Part shown: one piece after another, positions 12,201-27,200 of the stretch
Layout of the letters: each line of letters begins with the position of its first letter
Numbering within the stretch: position 1 is the stretch's first letter
NCBI RefSeq assembly: GCF_000150275.1
Contig: NW_002060956.1
Location: 990,280 to 1,054,279, forward strand
From: Trichoplax adhaerens
Taxonomy: Eukaryota; Animalia; Placozoa
Direction: 5' to 3'
Length of the DNA: 64,000 bases
Notes under the pieces: generated by a model
The model's database searches: none
Seen by the model: the letters and a program-made list of their open reading frames with translations, nothing else
Told to the model about the DNA's origin: nothing
Made by a program: the position numbers and the translations under genes

Positions 12201-15200
12201 GTGAGACAGAATTTATCGATCTTACAAAATATCAATAGATTAATAACCTAATATCGACTAAGAAGTCAATCTTTAAGGACATTTCTTTCTAGTTAGTAAC
12301 GCACTATTATAGATAGTAAGAAGGATATACGTATTAGAAGTAACCAATCTGACGAAAAATAAAACGTTACGATAAGGTAGCGATAGTGCTGTAATCAAAT
12401 GACCCGTTGGTATGCAAGCGGTAAGCTAATCTAGAATGTAAAAGGAGCAGGGTCATACTGTAATGGAACTAGTGTTATAGAAGAGGTGAAAATATCTGTT
12501 ATTTATGATGGCTTCCCATGGCTATCATTAATTAGCTAATAATTTATTATATTTATACACAGTTACCGATGTTAAATTTTGTGTAGTACGGTACTTTTAG
12601 CCTGTCAAGTATGACAATTTGTAACAAAATTAGAAGATTGTTTGCTATTTGCATTTTACTGGTGTCTACGCACTATTAATTGTTATTTCTAGTTATCAGC
12701 GAGTTTATAAATATCAGTAATTGATGCTGTTCTCATATACACGTACATTATATGATATGAATAGAAATATCAATTAAAATTTTAAAGTAATCTTTTTCAT
12801 CATTTTAGCTAAATACTATGGATATACTGTACAACAGCTGCATTTCATTAATATTTCTCGGTAACAAATATTCTAAACAGTAAAATACTTTGGAATTAAG
12901 CTCAGGCATAGTAATACATTTACATTGAATCTATAGATAATAGTATTATTTAGTGAGGGCTTAGTCGCTTAGGCACGTAACAAATTATAAAATTGCGCAA
13001 GGGGCTGTTATGCATGTACGATATAAAATGATCATAATATTACCGACGAAGGGTATTCTAATTATTTGATATTAAAATATTAGCAAATTTGAGTCTAAAT
13101 TTATGCCAAATTTAGTGATAGCAATCCGTGTTTATTACTACTAAACAGGTTAATTCATTACAATCTTGTAATATTCATATTCTGAGAGCTGGCTGACATT
13201 TATAATCATACGATTCACTTTTCTGATAACTCTAGTAATCATGATAATGAACGAAAAATATTGTCACCTGCTTTTTTCGTTATTCATTGTGATGGTCATT
13301 GCAAATTTATATAAAATCGCCATCAATTCAATACGGTATCCAGGCGAAATATCCTTTTATGTAATTAATTACAAACTTTTTATTTTTCTCTTTTCCCAGT
13401 TTTAAATAATTCAATAACCTTGTTACTTCTAATATTAATGAATAGTCATATCTTGTTAACTAGATATATTGAACAGGAAAAAGTAATTAAAGACGAATTG
13501 TATAATTTCTGTCCTTAGAATGGTGTAATATTTGATAAGATATCATTGAAGAGCATTTTTATTGTCTAAAACAATAATAATTTTTCATCTATAAATTTTA
13601 GGATTAATTAATACATTTATCCATTTTCTATTTCATATCCAGCTACTATAGTTCTATAAAAATGGATAGAATAGCAACTGGCTTTGCATTTTTCAAATCG
13701 TTAATTGAGATACCACACATAAGATATTCAAAAAGTATGTACAGTACTATCATTAATTTCGTTTCTGTCTTGTGTATATATATAAAGCAAATATCATAAC
13801 AAGGGAATGATTTTTCTATTATTTCATTCATAGTAAGCTTTGGTTGATTTATATACTGTATTGTTTATACTACCTATCAAGCTGTAGTGGTCGCCCGATT
13901 TATCAGCAGAAATCTACTTTTCTACCTATTCATTATTCTAGCTTTATATTATATCTATTTTTGAATTATATTACTTCATAATTAGTACCTGGTGTATCGG
14001 CGATAAAGTATACATGCAGTCGATACTATCACTATTAAAATAAGTTCTACGCTTTATATTAAATTCATGAATCATTCTATCCTTCTGTATTGATATATAG
14101 AAGAAAGAATGTTTTTCTTTAAGGTCATCGTTTTAAATAGATCAAAGCTAAGATCAGATTGCTTCGGAGTCGATCTTAGAAGGTGTGAAGATAAATAGGT
14201 GAAGACGAATAATTACGGTTGTTAGCATGTTTCCTGGAGATCATAGTAGGCAAAATATACCAGTCTATTGCTTGGCGATCTAGTCATAAGGCCTTCACTT
14301 GATTTATGATAATAGTTTGATAGATCGACTATAAATTATTCCGATATTTAGGAATTATTATTAACAAAGAAACTATAAATAGTTTTCGACATAATTATTC
14401 GAATGCGTTTTAATCATATAAATGTTACTGCACAATTGGCATCATCGGCAAAAGATGTCGAGAAAGATGTGGATATTTAATTGAACTAAAATTTCTTTTG
14501 TTGACGTACGAGTACATCGCAGATGAAATATTTCGCAGTGGCATATTCCATCCGTTGATTGACTAGTCATTCTGTATGGTACTCATAGCTTATAAGAACG
14601 CAAACTGACGATTTAGAAATGTTATCAGAAATTTAATACCAAAATATCCTTGGTAATATTATTATGATATTTTAACTCACATTGTTCGATACTAATAATA
14701 GCTGATTGGGGTACTGTTAGCTATTTCAGCTTTATTAAAGTGAAAATCTAACAAAGATGATGTCATCTAAGTTTACGATATAGAGTAATATTTCAACGAC
14801 AAAAAATATTCTATCAATGATAGGTAAGGGTGACGATTTCAAGCGCGGAATCTCGTGCTTTCTTGTTATTAGAATGAAAGTATTTTATTTCCTAGTAATT
14901 TTACTTGAAAATAGTGATTATGGCTATAGTAGCTGAGATAGAAATTAGTAGAACAAAGCTATCTTCGGATATTAGTTTATGAAAGTTGATCAAAGGTTAA
15001 CCTTACATAGTAGCTATTTGTCAAGCTAATAAAATGGATAAGTCAACAGCGATAAGTACAGCCTAGCTAGGGAACTGTAGTAGTAAGGAAAAAATTTATC
15101 AGTGAAACTATAAACCTTTTCAATTTTAAAAAAAATAATGAAACTCTAGTTCTCGTTTGGGTACTGGGCAGAATTGATGAAATTTGTTAAATTGTTGGAA

Positions 15201-18200
15201 ATAACAGTATTTGATAATTTATTTGATTTGACTAGCGAATTCTGCCTCCTCTCGATCATTACATTTGTTTTATTAAAAAAAAATCGTTGTCAAGCCATTC
15301 TTTCATATCAACAATCAAATCTAAAGGCTCGAAAAACTGTATTTCAGACTGAAAACAAACAGTACTTCTTCAACAACACGCATTATTAATATAAGATGTG
15401 AGAGAATGGCCGTTATAGAATGATAATGGTACATAATATTTTTGAATCAGTCAATAATTAAGATTATCCTTTTAGACTTTGAACCTGAAGACTGAAGTAA
15501 TTTTAGACTGATGGTGTGACAGAAAGTAAATAGCCAGAATTAGACATGCGATGAAGATTGACTAATTTTACGTAGCAAGCACTCAAAGTCGATACATGGT
15601 AATGATCCCTCTAGTAGATCTTCAACTTATTCCGATCATTGATATTAAGATGGTGATTGATAAAAAAATTCAATGTCAATGTCTTTTAATAAAGAAAAGT
15701 AACTCAAGGAAATATAAGGATAATAAGGATTCGATGTGAAGCAATAATTATAATACAGTGGTACTGTGCCTGTAATATTTACATTATGCTATAAAAGGAT
15801 TATAACGTATCTTAATCGCCAATAGTGAAAAATTACGAATCTAATAAGGCGCAGGAAACGAAAAATTGTCTATCAAGTTATATAAACTGTACATTATAGT
15901 ATGCCAATATATCAGATAGGGATTTTAAGGTGTTATTTTAATCAAAGTTTAGATCTTATTTACCGGGGGTAACGCGATACGAGGCGTTAAAGTTAGCTTA
16001 GACACCATTATGCTAGCGTTATAATTTCATTTTTTTAAAATGATTAAATTTATAAGTTAGTACTTACTTGATTGTCTAATAATTATAATGGAATCCAAAA
16101 TGTAGAATAAGTTTGATATGGATTGATTATGAGTAATTCAATTGACTTCCGAATTGACGTCCGATGGTTATAATTACTTGAAAGTATTAAAGTTATTCGT
16201 CCGCTTTCTTCAATGATTTGGTTCAAGAAATTGTTCGTGATTTGATTTGAAAAGTACTTCGTAGGTCGTAATTTATCCTTGAGTTAATAATCAGAATAAT
16301 ATCGGCATAGCCGTTATTCAGTTATTAACGTAATCTAGAGTATATCCGATCAAAGGTGATACTAATTAAGATTAACGATACAGCTCATATTATTTTATAG
16401 ACAGAGTTATGACTTGTGATCATGATCGTTGATTTATTTGGCCGCAAATGATAAATAATACCAGCAATAGAGGATATACATAAGAATCGTGTTTGATCGA
16501 GAAATAAGAAGAGAATACACTGAAAGAAAAGCCAAATTTGTAGTGATATCCGCTGGAATTGTAAAGTCAGTTAGGGGTCGAACAAAAAAATAACGTCGTC
16601 AACTGGTACTATTTAGTGTGAGAGTGATCAAAACAACAGCCTAATGCAGTTTCTAAAAGTAGACTAGATAATATAACACATGAGTCTAGCCGATAATGAG
16701 TTGATTATTGGTTTGGCAAGCGAACAATAGCTGACTTCTCTTTAATATGATGTAAGAATATAATAAATATGTAACAATAGCGGGATGTTTGTCAGCATAA
16801 CACTGCTGGGCAGAGAAAATAATTCAATAGGCAATTAAATTGATGAATGTAGATGTTGACAACGATTACTGCATTGAAGTTTCAACAATTTAATCAATAA
16901 ATAGATCACATTGTGTTGGTAATCAATATCGTAGAATAATAACTTATATATATACTTAGTCATTTTACTCCACGTTACCCCCCCTTTTCGTTGATTATCT
17001 TTATCGACTAGTGGGCGATAATTGATTTCATCAGTTCATTAAAAGCTGCTACTTCAATAATTAAGAAAGAGAAATACTTTTTGTTGTAATCTTCCAAATC
17101 TGAGAGGGTTGTTCAGGCAACTCAGTTAATTATAACATTCAACAGTGATAATAAATAAAGTCAGTACCATTAATATGTTGGAGGATATAAACTTTGCAGT
17201 TTTACTCAAGAATTGATATCATATATTCCTAGATTAAAAATAGATTATCTGCTATGCACTGAAATTATTAATTGCCTTTCGAATGTCAATGATAAAAGAC
17301 TTTGTGCTATCATGAAATCATGCGCCCTATGACGTCTACTAGGTTCAGAAATCGACATGTTTTATCCTGCAATATAGAAATTTATTTTTTGTGATAGGTC
17401 AAGCCTAAATCTAACCGTTTAAATTCTTATTTTATCGCCATAGATAACCTTTAATTAAATATAGTTATGGATTGTAGTTATAAGGATAATTTCTAGGTCA
17501 CAGATTCTGTAGTTGTATTTCAGTTACGAATGCAGGTAAATTACTATATTTCTTTCCAATGATACAAGCTAAAAACAGTTCATTATGATGTATGCGAAAC
17601 TTGTGATAAGATTAATTGAGGCTACTTATGATAGTCTACTATAAGCTAGATTTAGAAATTGCTTTAATAATACAAAGTACAATCATGATAAGACATCCCA
17701 CTTAGGGTGATAATTCAATTTAAAAGTTTAATTCTTATACCAGCTCGTGAAGCCGGCTATTTTTCATCTAAACAATCATGATAGACGCACTTATAAATAG
17801 ATATGTAATACTTTAGTATAAATAACTAACGGTATTTATTGTCTCTACTTTTATTCGTCAGATTGATAGGTACTAGTTTGACAATTATTATACTTTTTTG
17901 CGATAACTTTTACGATGACTTATTACTAGGTAGTAGGTCTTTAGCTATCTGTGATATATACCTATCACGAAATTCCAAATTTTAGAAAAATAAGGGCTTT
18001 ATTGAATCTTATACAAAGATTAACTACACACAGCTCTACTCTAGCCGAATACTGCTGCTAAATACTTCTAGAACGAACTAACAGAATAATCTAAAGTTGC
18101 ATGCTTTTATACTTTCCGTAGCATTCGCAGCTACAATCCGCGTGGCAACCTTTTACCTTATTTTACACATAGTTAAATTATTCTTAGTAAGACTATTCTA

Positions 18201-21200
18201 CTGCGGACCATAATTAATCCAATATGGATACGACTACAGTACTTACGTAGACATTATTCACACTAACCAAAGTACAATGAATTAACCATATCCTAATATA
18301 TGATTTACAGTCCACAATCACAATACTAGTTACATTACACTATCATACTTCATGGCAATTGAGTAACTAAGGATTCAAACTGCATCGTAAACTGTAACAT
18401 CATATCTAGTCCCTTCTCATGTAATTTACCAGTAATGGAATATTACCTAAGCCGTTATTCGATCTTCAAACCTGACAGTACATTTATAATCTGAAGTGAA
18501 TAGGTAATCTTTTTTCTTTTTGATATTATATTCTATGTAACTTACTTTGCTATTAACTATTATAGATGCATGATTATGAAAAAATCGTGGAGTCAATTAA
18601 ATATTGATACTTCATCATAGATTTTGATAACAGTAGATGCGATTGATTTTTGAGTTTTCGATTATTAATGTAGCCTATTATTTTAATTTTATTCCGTCTT
18701 TGTGGACAAATATTTTGCCATATCTATGACACCCTTATAATAATTGATTAAATCCATTTTTATCCAAGTTCAATCTTACGAACAGTAGTTTGGTAGATTT
18801 ATTCGTCAGGGAATAATTATATATGGAAATATTGTCACATGCGTATAATGTGCGTAGTATGATTATTTTGTTGGAGATGCAGTGTGTCACTCTCAACCTG
18901 TAGATTGCAGCCTAATCCAAAACTTCCGTTACGCAGGAATTAAATCGTACGCGATGAAAGAAAGTCTTGTAGAATATAGATGAAGACTTAGGTTGAAACA
19001 ACTCTTAATTAAATTCTGAAATTAGATGAAGGCTTTTACAGTAGAGAGTAAATGAATTGAATTTATAGTAATAGTAAATTATAGGATTTAATGCAGGAAA
19101 ATGCGTTAAAATTTCTCTTATCCTTTCAATATCGTCGATTAAAGTTTTAACGAATGATTAAAATTAGACCAGAGCCGCTGAGGACCTTCACCAAATATCT
19201 AATGGGAATAAATATTCTGCAGTCGAATGGTCATATTTACTGCAAGTACGGTAAAGTCACGAAAATCATGGTTAATGATTAGAATCGATAAATAAATTCT
19301 AAGGCTATTTTTATCCATTATCATTAGCATGATAGTGAGAATTGGAGAAGGATAGTCTAGGTTTCGTTGTTATTTTAACGCGCACTATTTCAACAAATTA
19401 TTTAATATTTCTCTATAAATTTCATATAGAGTCGGGATAATAAAGTGTTTTGAATATAAAAGCGTAACGACTGGTAGAATAGTTATATTTGCAATCCGCA
19501 TAAATTACTGTAATTGTAATCATACCAACAATAATAAATTCAAGAAGTAATGATAATTACTGAATACATAAAGTCAGAATTAATTAGCACATGTTTAGTC
19601 ATTTCATGTATATGTGACAGTGTTATATACTGTATTAGAATAGAAATATCTATGTTAAGATAATTTTATTAGCCTAACCTTATTTAGCTAGCTTCTAATT
19701 TGGATATACTGTGTTTTAATATAGCACTGGCTTTACGTGACAGTGACATATATACATATTCTGAAGTTGATAGTTATATTAGGGAATACGAATTATCTAC
19801 TTACAGTTCGAATCATTGTGATTGTAAGTTACTTATGGTAGATTGTAAATTATCGTGGAAATGTTGCGTGATAGGTCATATCATAATCTGACTATTCTCT
19901 ATTGGTTATCAGATGTCTATGTTCGTAACTACTGTTATCTGCATTAGGGAGCAGTAGCTAAAATTAATGCCTAATTCTGTGAATGATTCTAAAGTAAATC
20001 GTACTAACTATGACTCATGAAGTATTGAGGAAGACTCAGAAACGCAATATATCGTGTAATAAAGTTAATTCTTAAACTTAGTGTTTAACGTAAAATACGA
20101 GGCGTCTAAGTCTTTATGTAGTCTGCTAGTAGAGCAAAAGTGTTCCTGATAGTGCAGATATCTTTCGTTGATACGTGGTTCAAGGAGTTGACTTATTGAT
20201 CGTACATTACGTTATCTTGTCGCAAAGCTGTTTTGTGACAATGTATAAAACTTTAAGATAACCGCATTCCTAGCTCTTGGTTTAAGTTTCAATTTGATTA
20301 ATCTATCGGCTGAGATGGAATTCCAACATCACGTAAAGAATGGCACTGATTATATCTTATAAGATTAAAGGTGCTAAAATATCAGTCTATAAATTTATCA
20401 AGATAAATTATAGTCCACTAAATTATAGCATAAATTTTACCTCCCTTTAGCACAGATTTTTTATTCAGTAAAGTAAAACTAAATTTATCCAGATGCAGTA
20501 TCATTAGTGGAATAAAAGCTCAGATTTTTTATTTACAACTTTATGACATAGAAGCTGATATTGAAATCGGGTTATAATCTCGGACAACATGTGATAAGCA
20601 ATGAATAAGTTATTCTTTAGTACTAGATCACTTTTACGCATCATTACAATTTTAATTCAATAGACCGGCTAACATATCTAGGGAATGAAGGCATAGTTGT
20701 ATATGTACCTTTAAGATGTAAACGTTGCAGGATAAACTTATAACTTCATTGAATGCATTATGGTACAAAATCTTTTGCGATAATTTAGTTCTAGCTATGA
20801 TAGAAGAGCATTTCTTATTAGTGTTGCAGAGGTTAGATCATTATTACAAATCTATTTATATTATTCCATGAGCATACTAAAGGATAGAAATTTAAGAAGG
20901 ATCATTTGATCTATATCATGAATTTAAACCCTATTTTGATTGAATATTAATTCGCCTTTAGTTACACCAGAAGTAAATATAGCCAAGAATTTGTTGAATA
21001 TGGATGAAATTAAGGCATGCTATTTTATTTTCATCGGAATATTCTAAGAAACCGATCATAATTATATGAAATCGTAATCAATTTTAGGCTTAAGCCGGCT
21101 TGAAATAAGCCCATCGTGAGAGCTGACTATAGTAAGGTGCAAATCGAAATAAGTGCCTACAATAGATTGTAAGTAGGACTCAGGGAAGCCGAGCAACTGC

Positions 21201-24200
21201 AAGGCATGTTATGACATAACATCAAGATAAACTAACTAGGATAGCTTATCTGCCATACAAAACCAATTTAGAGAAGATAACATTAACTTGCCTACTTGGT
21301 TTTCTTTATAACCTTGTTCGATGAGATTTAAATAAATATCTTTATAAAAAGAAATGGACTACGTTTGTATTAATCAGATGCTTTAAAGTCAGAATATTGT
21401 GAGGATACATTTAAATCAAAGAAACAAAATTAAGTATAGCAAATCAACGCAATCATAGTAAACAAATTACTCAATTAGAAAAGAGTTTGATTTACGGTGG
21501 ATGGGACAACTTAAAACGATATGTAATAAAGTGATAAAAAAGTTGATCAATATGGAGGATTTAATCCGGATGCAATAAATTACTAACGAATAACGTGATT
21601 TTTTCTTCCTAAAGCTGAGACCAGCATAAATTCAATCTATGATATCATTTGCTTCAAGAGCTACAATACCGTATTTCAGAAATACTTGCAATACCATTTT
21701 TTTTAAATTTGCGATGAACAATGCTTAATAATGTTAAATGAGGCGTTTTTAAGGCTTGAATGAAGTTTTCATGAAATCAGCATAAAGTAAATGGTACTGT
21801 AGCTTTGTAGCGGAGGTTTTTGAAAGGATATACGTGTACGCAAGAATAGATATTTTTAGGAAATATAACTATGAGTGACGAAAAAATTTTCAGGTCGTAA
21901 TCTTGAATAGTTTCAATGATTCTGATATTTAAGGTAAGGATAAAGTAAGCTTAGTCACTTTCATACAATAAGAAGTGATGCTAGACAATATCTTACGAAA
22001 ATTATGTAATCACAAAGAAACATGAACTATATTCAGTTGACCTTTATTTTTTATCGATAATAAATAAATCCGATTAATTACATCCACGGTCTAATAAATC
22101 CTTCCTTCGCAAGTTATCATTTATATATTGGCATATAGCGGGTGGAAACGTAAATATTAAGCAAGAGCTCTGCTAATTACTGCTTTAAGATATGTATTGA
22201 TTATTTTCGTATTTCCCAAGTAGAATGATTGCTCAGATTTATGGGATAAGTGCTACATGAAGTAGGGATCTAGTTATTATAAATTCTAAAGGGGGTTTAC
22301 TCATACTGTATTTTGGTAAAGTCTGCTTGTTAGACGCACATATTTTAGCTATATTGTAGTGCCGTGAGTTTAGTACTTGAGTTAAATTCTTAATTAAGTA
22401 TAGAATTACTGATACACACTACCGGTTGGTTGCTCGTGCCCCGGTAAAATATGGTAATTCAATGCCCGTGCTTAACGCGTGGAAGCTTGATAATGTTACT
22501 ACTACTACTACTAAATAGGTCATGTGCTAGGATTTATAAGCATATGTAAAGAGTAGATCGAGAGTTCTTCTTGTTCATAGTTAGTTATAAATACAGTTAC
22601 GATTGGCTTATATTGTAATTCATAAACTTAACTCGGGTTTTAAATCCAGTTAGACTGATTTATTGTGGACCTTAAAAATCGACTTACTACATATACACAT
22701 TGATAGTACACTATTTCATAAAGGCTAAGATCTCATCGCTATATATGTTTGGTCTAAAAGTTTAGTTACTATTGGGTTCTTTATGTTTTATAATCAAAAA
22801 TATCAAAATAGGATATTGATTACGTAGTTGCAGTATATAGTCAAAATTTCAGGTCAATTTTGACGACGTAGTTTCAGTTTTACAAAATATAAAGCTATCC
22901 TATCTTACTTTATTTATCATTACAAATATGCAATAACCTATTTAATTCACGGAATTCTATTGATGATAGCAAAGTCTACAAACCAACTAGTCATAAGAAG
23001 GAATAATGGAAACAGTATGATTAGCGAATAATAAAGGCAACATCATATGATAATCCTAATTTGGATTAAAATCAAGGTATACAGATCGTGATCTTTTGTG
23101 GAATAACTATTTGTATTCATTGACTTCGAAAATAGGAAAATGTATCCTGCTTAATAATGCTAACTTCTTATTAAATTATTATAAGAATAGGGTGAATTTT
23201 AATAATTTATCCTTATTAATATGACGAAATTAATGCTGTGAAAAATTTTAGATCGAAATATGCGTGGTAAGAACTTTGAATTTATCAGTATCTTTAATTT
23301 ATTAATAAGTATTTGGCGCCATTCATTTTGCGTGAATATTAGATTAGTTTCGATTTCAATTAATATCTACCTATTCATTATTTCATTTATCGCATTCATT
23401 TTACATAAATTTGCACGATCTTTTGTGTTACTCTATAGTTATAGTATCTGTGCTATGCAGTAGGTATTATAAATACAATTATACCGAAGGTGGCTACGGA
23501 GCTAGCATAATATACTAATAAGCCGTACGTTAAGGTAAAAGTCTGTCAAATGTTCTATTTGGTAGATCGTTCATAATGTTTCTCCTTAGATATATCCTCT
23601 GGTATGAAACTGAGCATTATTTGCCTTGATTTCAATAAATAAAGTGAAGCTTTGTTATATCAGCTTCAGCTGCTATATATTTTCGTATTTATGTATAAAA
23701 TTAAAGTTCCGCTCGTAGGTTGTATGCTAATACGATGATTATAGAAATGAACTATCATCGTAATTGTAAAGAAATAAATGCTAAGCGAAAGGTATATCAA
23801 TGTCATCTAAAAATTGGTGCGGATTTACTTAGTGACATAGTTTTGTATAAAATCATTCTAAGTATATTTTTCCTTAAATTTTATTATTATAGAATCCATT
23901 GAATTTCCAAGAAACATTGACTTAATTGGGTCTTGAACAAAGCTTCTATAGGGTTACTGATAGATAAAACATAAGCAACATGTATAATACCACTTAAAAA
24001 AGAGTACGCATTTGCAACTATGAAGATACAAGGAAGGATTAAGAATAATAAATTTTAACTATATAGTAAGATAAATCTTTCAAATCGAATAATTATATCA
24101 CCCTATCATAGAAATGATTTATGATATTAAAGGAATATGGATGTTGAATAAGTGTCTGCGATCAATGATAATTGAATGGCCTCTGGAAATAGATTAGGAT

Positions 24201-27200
24201 AACTTATGTAGTATATAGTACACAGTATGAGATGTTTGCTCTGTTCTGATCTTTTTTCAATTGCTGTTACCACAGAAACCCAAAACATCATCATTCAAGT
24301 CTGTGATATAATAATGCCTTTTATTAATTACCGTACTGTATTATAAAAAATAGCGGATACGGCCACTATAACAACTTCGAAACAGTTAGATGTACAGTTC
24401 TATATAAATATTATTAAACGCTAAAGTTACTTCAAAGTTGATTATAATTGTCGATGAAAGTAGTATTCGTAACAGATAATATTGCTCGATTAAGGTCTTA
24501 ATAAGAAATTCAAAGTTCTGTTGAACAAGAGATCTTAGTAAATTATTTAAAGCTCTTTTATTGGGCATATTGAGTGCTGGAACAACGTTTTACGTTGGTA
24601 AACACCTTAAAAAATACTGAAAAATAAAGTATAATACAAATTACTCCTATAGAAATTTATATGGTAATTTATTTGATTAGCATAAAAATATTTTAAAGCT
24701 TCTCTTACTCGAGTTTGAAGCGATTTTTATTAGCTTAAATTTTAGACTCCTGCATGATAGTACTATGAAAGTGCACATAGCAATTATATTGAAGAAAGAA
24801 TAAGGCATTAAATTTAAACTGTATTTAATTGATTACTAGTATGATGATTTGTGGTGAATAAAAATTTCAAAGGATATAGTCAATTAAAATAGGCAAAGAG
24901 GAATTCTCCGTTGGGTAAGTATATTTTCCTATTATAACTCAAGATTCTATACGCTTCCTAAATACTGACTAAAATACCTACTAGACAGCTATCTTCCCTT
25001 AATCAACTAATTTATAACTAATTAATTATAATAACTACACTACGAGCGCTACACGTAATCTTTTCTAAGATAGATAATTTGATTAAATGTGATTACATGT
25101 TGTTTGTTCTGCTCTTTCTACGAATTTAAAGGCGATCTAATGCCGGTAAAGGAACAAAACAATAACTGAAATGTTATGCACTATATACTAGGATTATAGA
25201 AAGCATAAAATTTTCATACGATACCCACAGTGTGATTGTAAGTATTTAAATGCTATTAAATAGTAGACATGGGATATAAATCAGTAATTTCAATTTTCGC
25301 AGTTTTACCAATGTGTAAAATGTGAATTTAACTTTACTTGTATTTATTATAATTCAAATATCCACGTAAATCTACGGCTATTAGGATTAAATGGCTAAGG
25401 CAAGTCGTTTCAGGATTAAGCAATGTAAGATGTCGTTGTGGACCATGATGCATAGGAACTACCTCTGAGTTAGAGATTAGTTTACTTGGATTACTTTCAA
25501 ATTATAGCATAATCTCTGATTGTGTTATATTTTACTGCTAGAAAAAACTTAAGGGAAGTGTTTGCTACGTTTACCGATTCTGATGGTAAATGTACAAATT
25601 ATGACCCTAATTAATTTATCATGGCTCCAGCTGGGCACATCTTTAAAGGTATTTACAATGAAAATAAAATGATCGAGGTTTTTCTCTATTAAAACGGTTA
25701 AAAGGGAAGAAATCGTCAGTGTATGACTGATGCTAAACATGTCATATGCCCGATTCAAAGTTAAGAAAAATTGGCATTTTTCTACAGATTATAAGAAATT
25801 GAGCTTCACTATATGTGAAAATGTAATCTTATTGGCAATTTTTGACAGATTGCAGGCTAAGCAGAATTGATGAACAGATGTGAATAAAATGTTGATAGTG
25901 CAAAATTGATAGCACGGATGGAAATGAAGTGTGCACGTAAAATGGTCTTGTCCATAAAATTACTATATGCGCCTGTATACACAGTATATATGTGGTCCTC
26001 CATATTAATCCTACTAGTATAGTGGCTTAAGAGTACAGATTAGAAATATACTATTATAGGTGTCTCTGCTGATAGATAGACTTCATTTTGTATTTATTGT
26101 AGACAGTTTTGACAAGAATAATTGTCAAGTTTATCTTAGGCTTAAAATTGCCGCAATACTGTAGGTAAGTGCAGAATAAAAGAATTTTCAGGAGAAAATC
26201 TGCTACTTAAAATCAAATCACGTCAACTTACCTTATAAAAATTGAAGATACCAAATGCGGTACGTGGTATATATAATCTAATTCGGCGAGAGGATGGGAA
26301 ATTCTGAAAACTTATCCACACATTGAAGCGTAATTCGAATAATTAAATCATATTTTGTATCAGCGCTTCTTCGACTTTACTGAAAAATGTATATTGAAGG
26401 GCTTATAAGTTCAAGTATTTTTATATCCTATGTAAAGCTGTATATGCTGGGAAAGCAGACTAAAACAAAAAAAGCTTTATAATGATTTTGTGTTTATTAT
26501 TCTTAATATTGACTATTCATGTTAAAGTCTCATGATAAAATAATAGCTAGTTCTTGTTATTGTTGTGAGATGTTGACTGCAAATTAAATCATCAGTCAAT
26601 CTCTTTATTTGCCAAAATTTGAATATGATACTGTTATTCTTATAATATAAGCTATTACAATACTCATTTGGTATTTGATATTAATGGAAAGGGAGTTTAT
26701 AATCAATCAACAGATAAAAGAAAAATAACCCTTTTTGTCATGTAATTAACTTATCGATAGTGTCCGCTTCATTATTCATAGCTATCATTGTACAATTAAA
26801 AATGTCATCGGAGTCAGTTTTAGCTGATAAATTTAAATCTTTGGCATGGATATATCCCATTCTAATTTTTTCTGGTATTGCGCTTATATTTACTCTAATT
26901 TACCAAACGTACACCTGCAGTATTTATCGGTGAAGTTATTATACTTTAAATTATCGCGATTAACGGATTATGTGGTTAGCTCTTGATATGTGGTATCGTT
27001 GTTACTGCCAGCATACAATAATAAATAGAACTGTATTTTATAGATGAAGTTGATATAGGAGAAATAAGAATAATTACTATACATGATATTTTTATTAGTT
27101 CTTACGTAAGAGATGTGCAATATCGTACCACACGTTAAAATTGTTTGCCTGCTATTATTTTATGGCTATCTTCTACTAAAAATGATTAGACTCAAATTCA

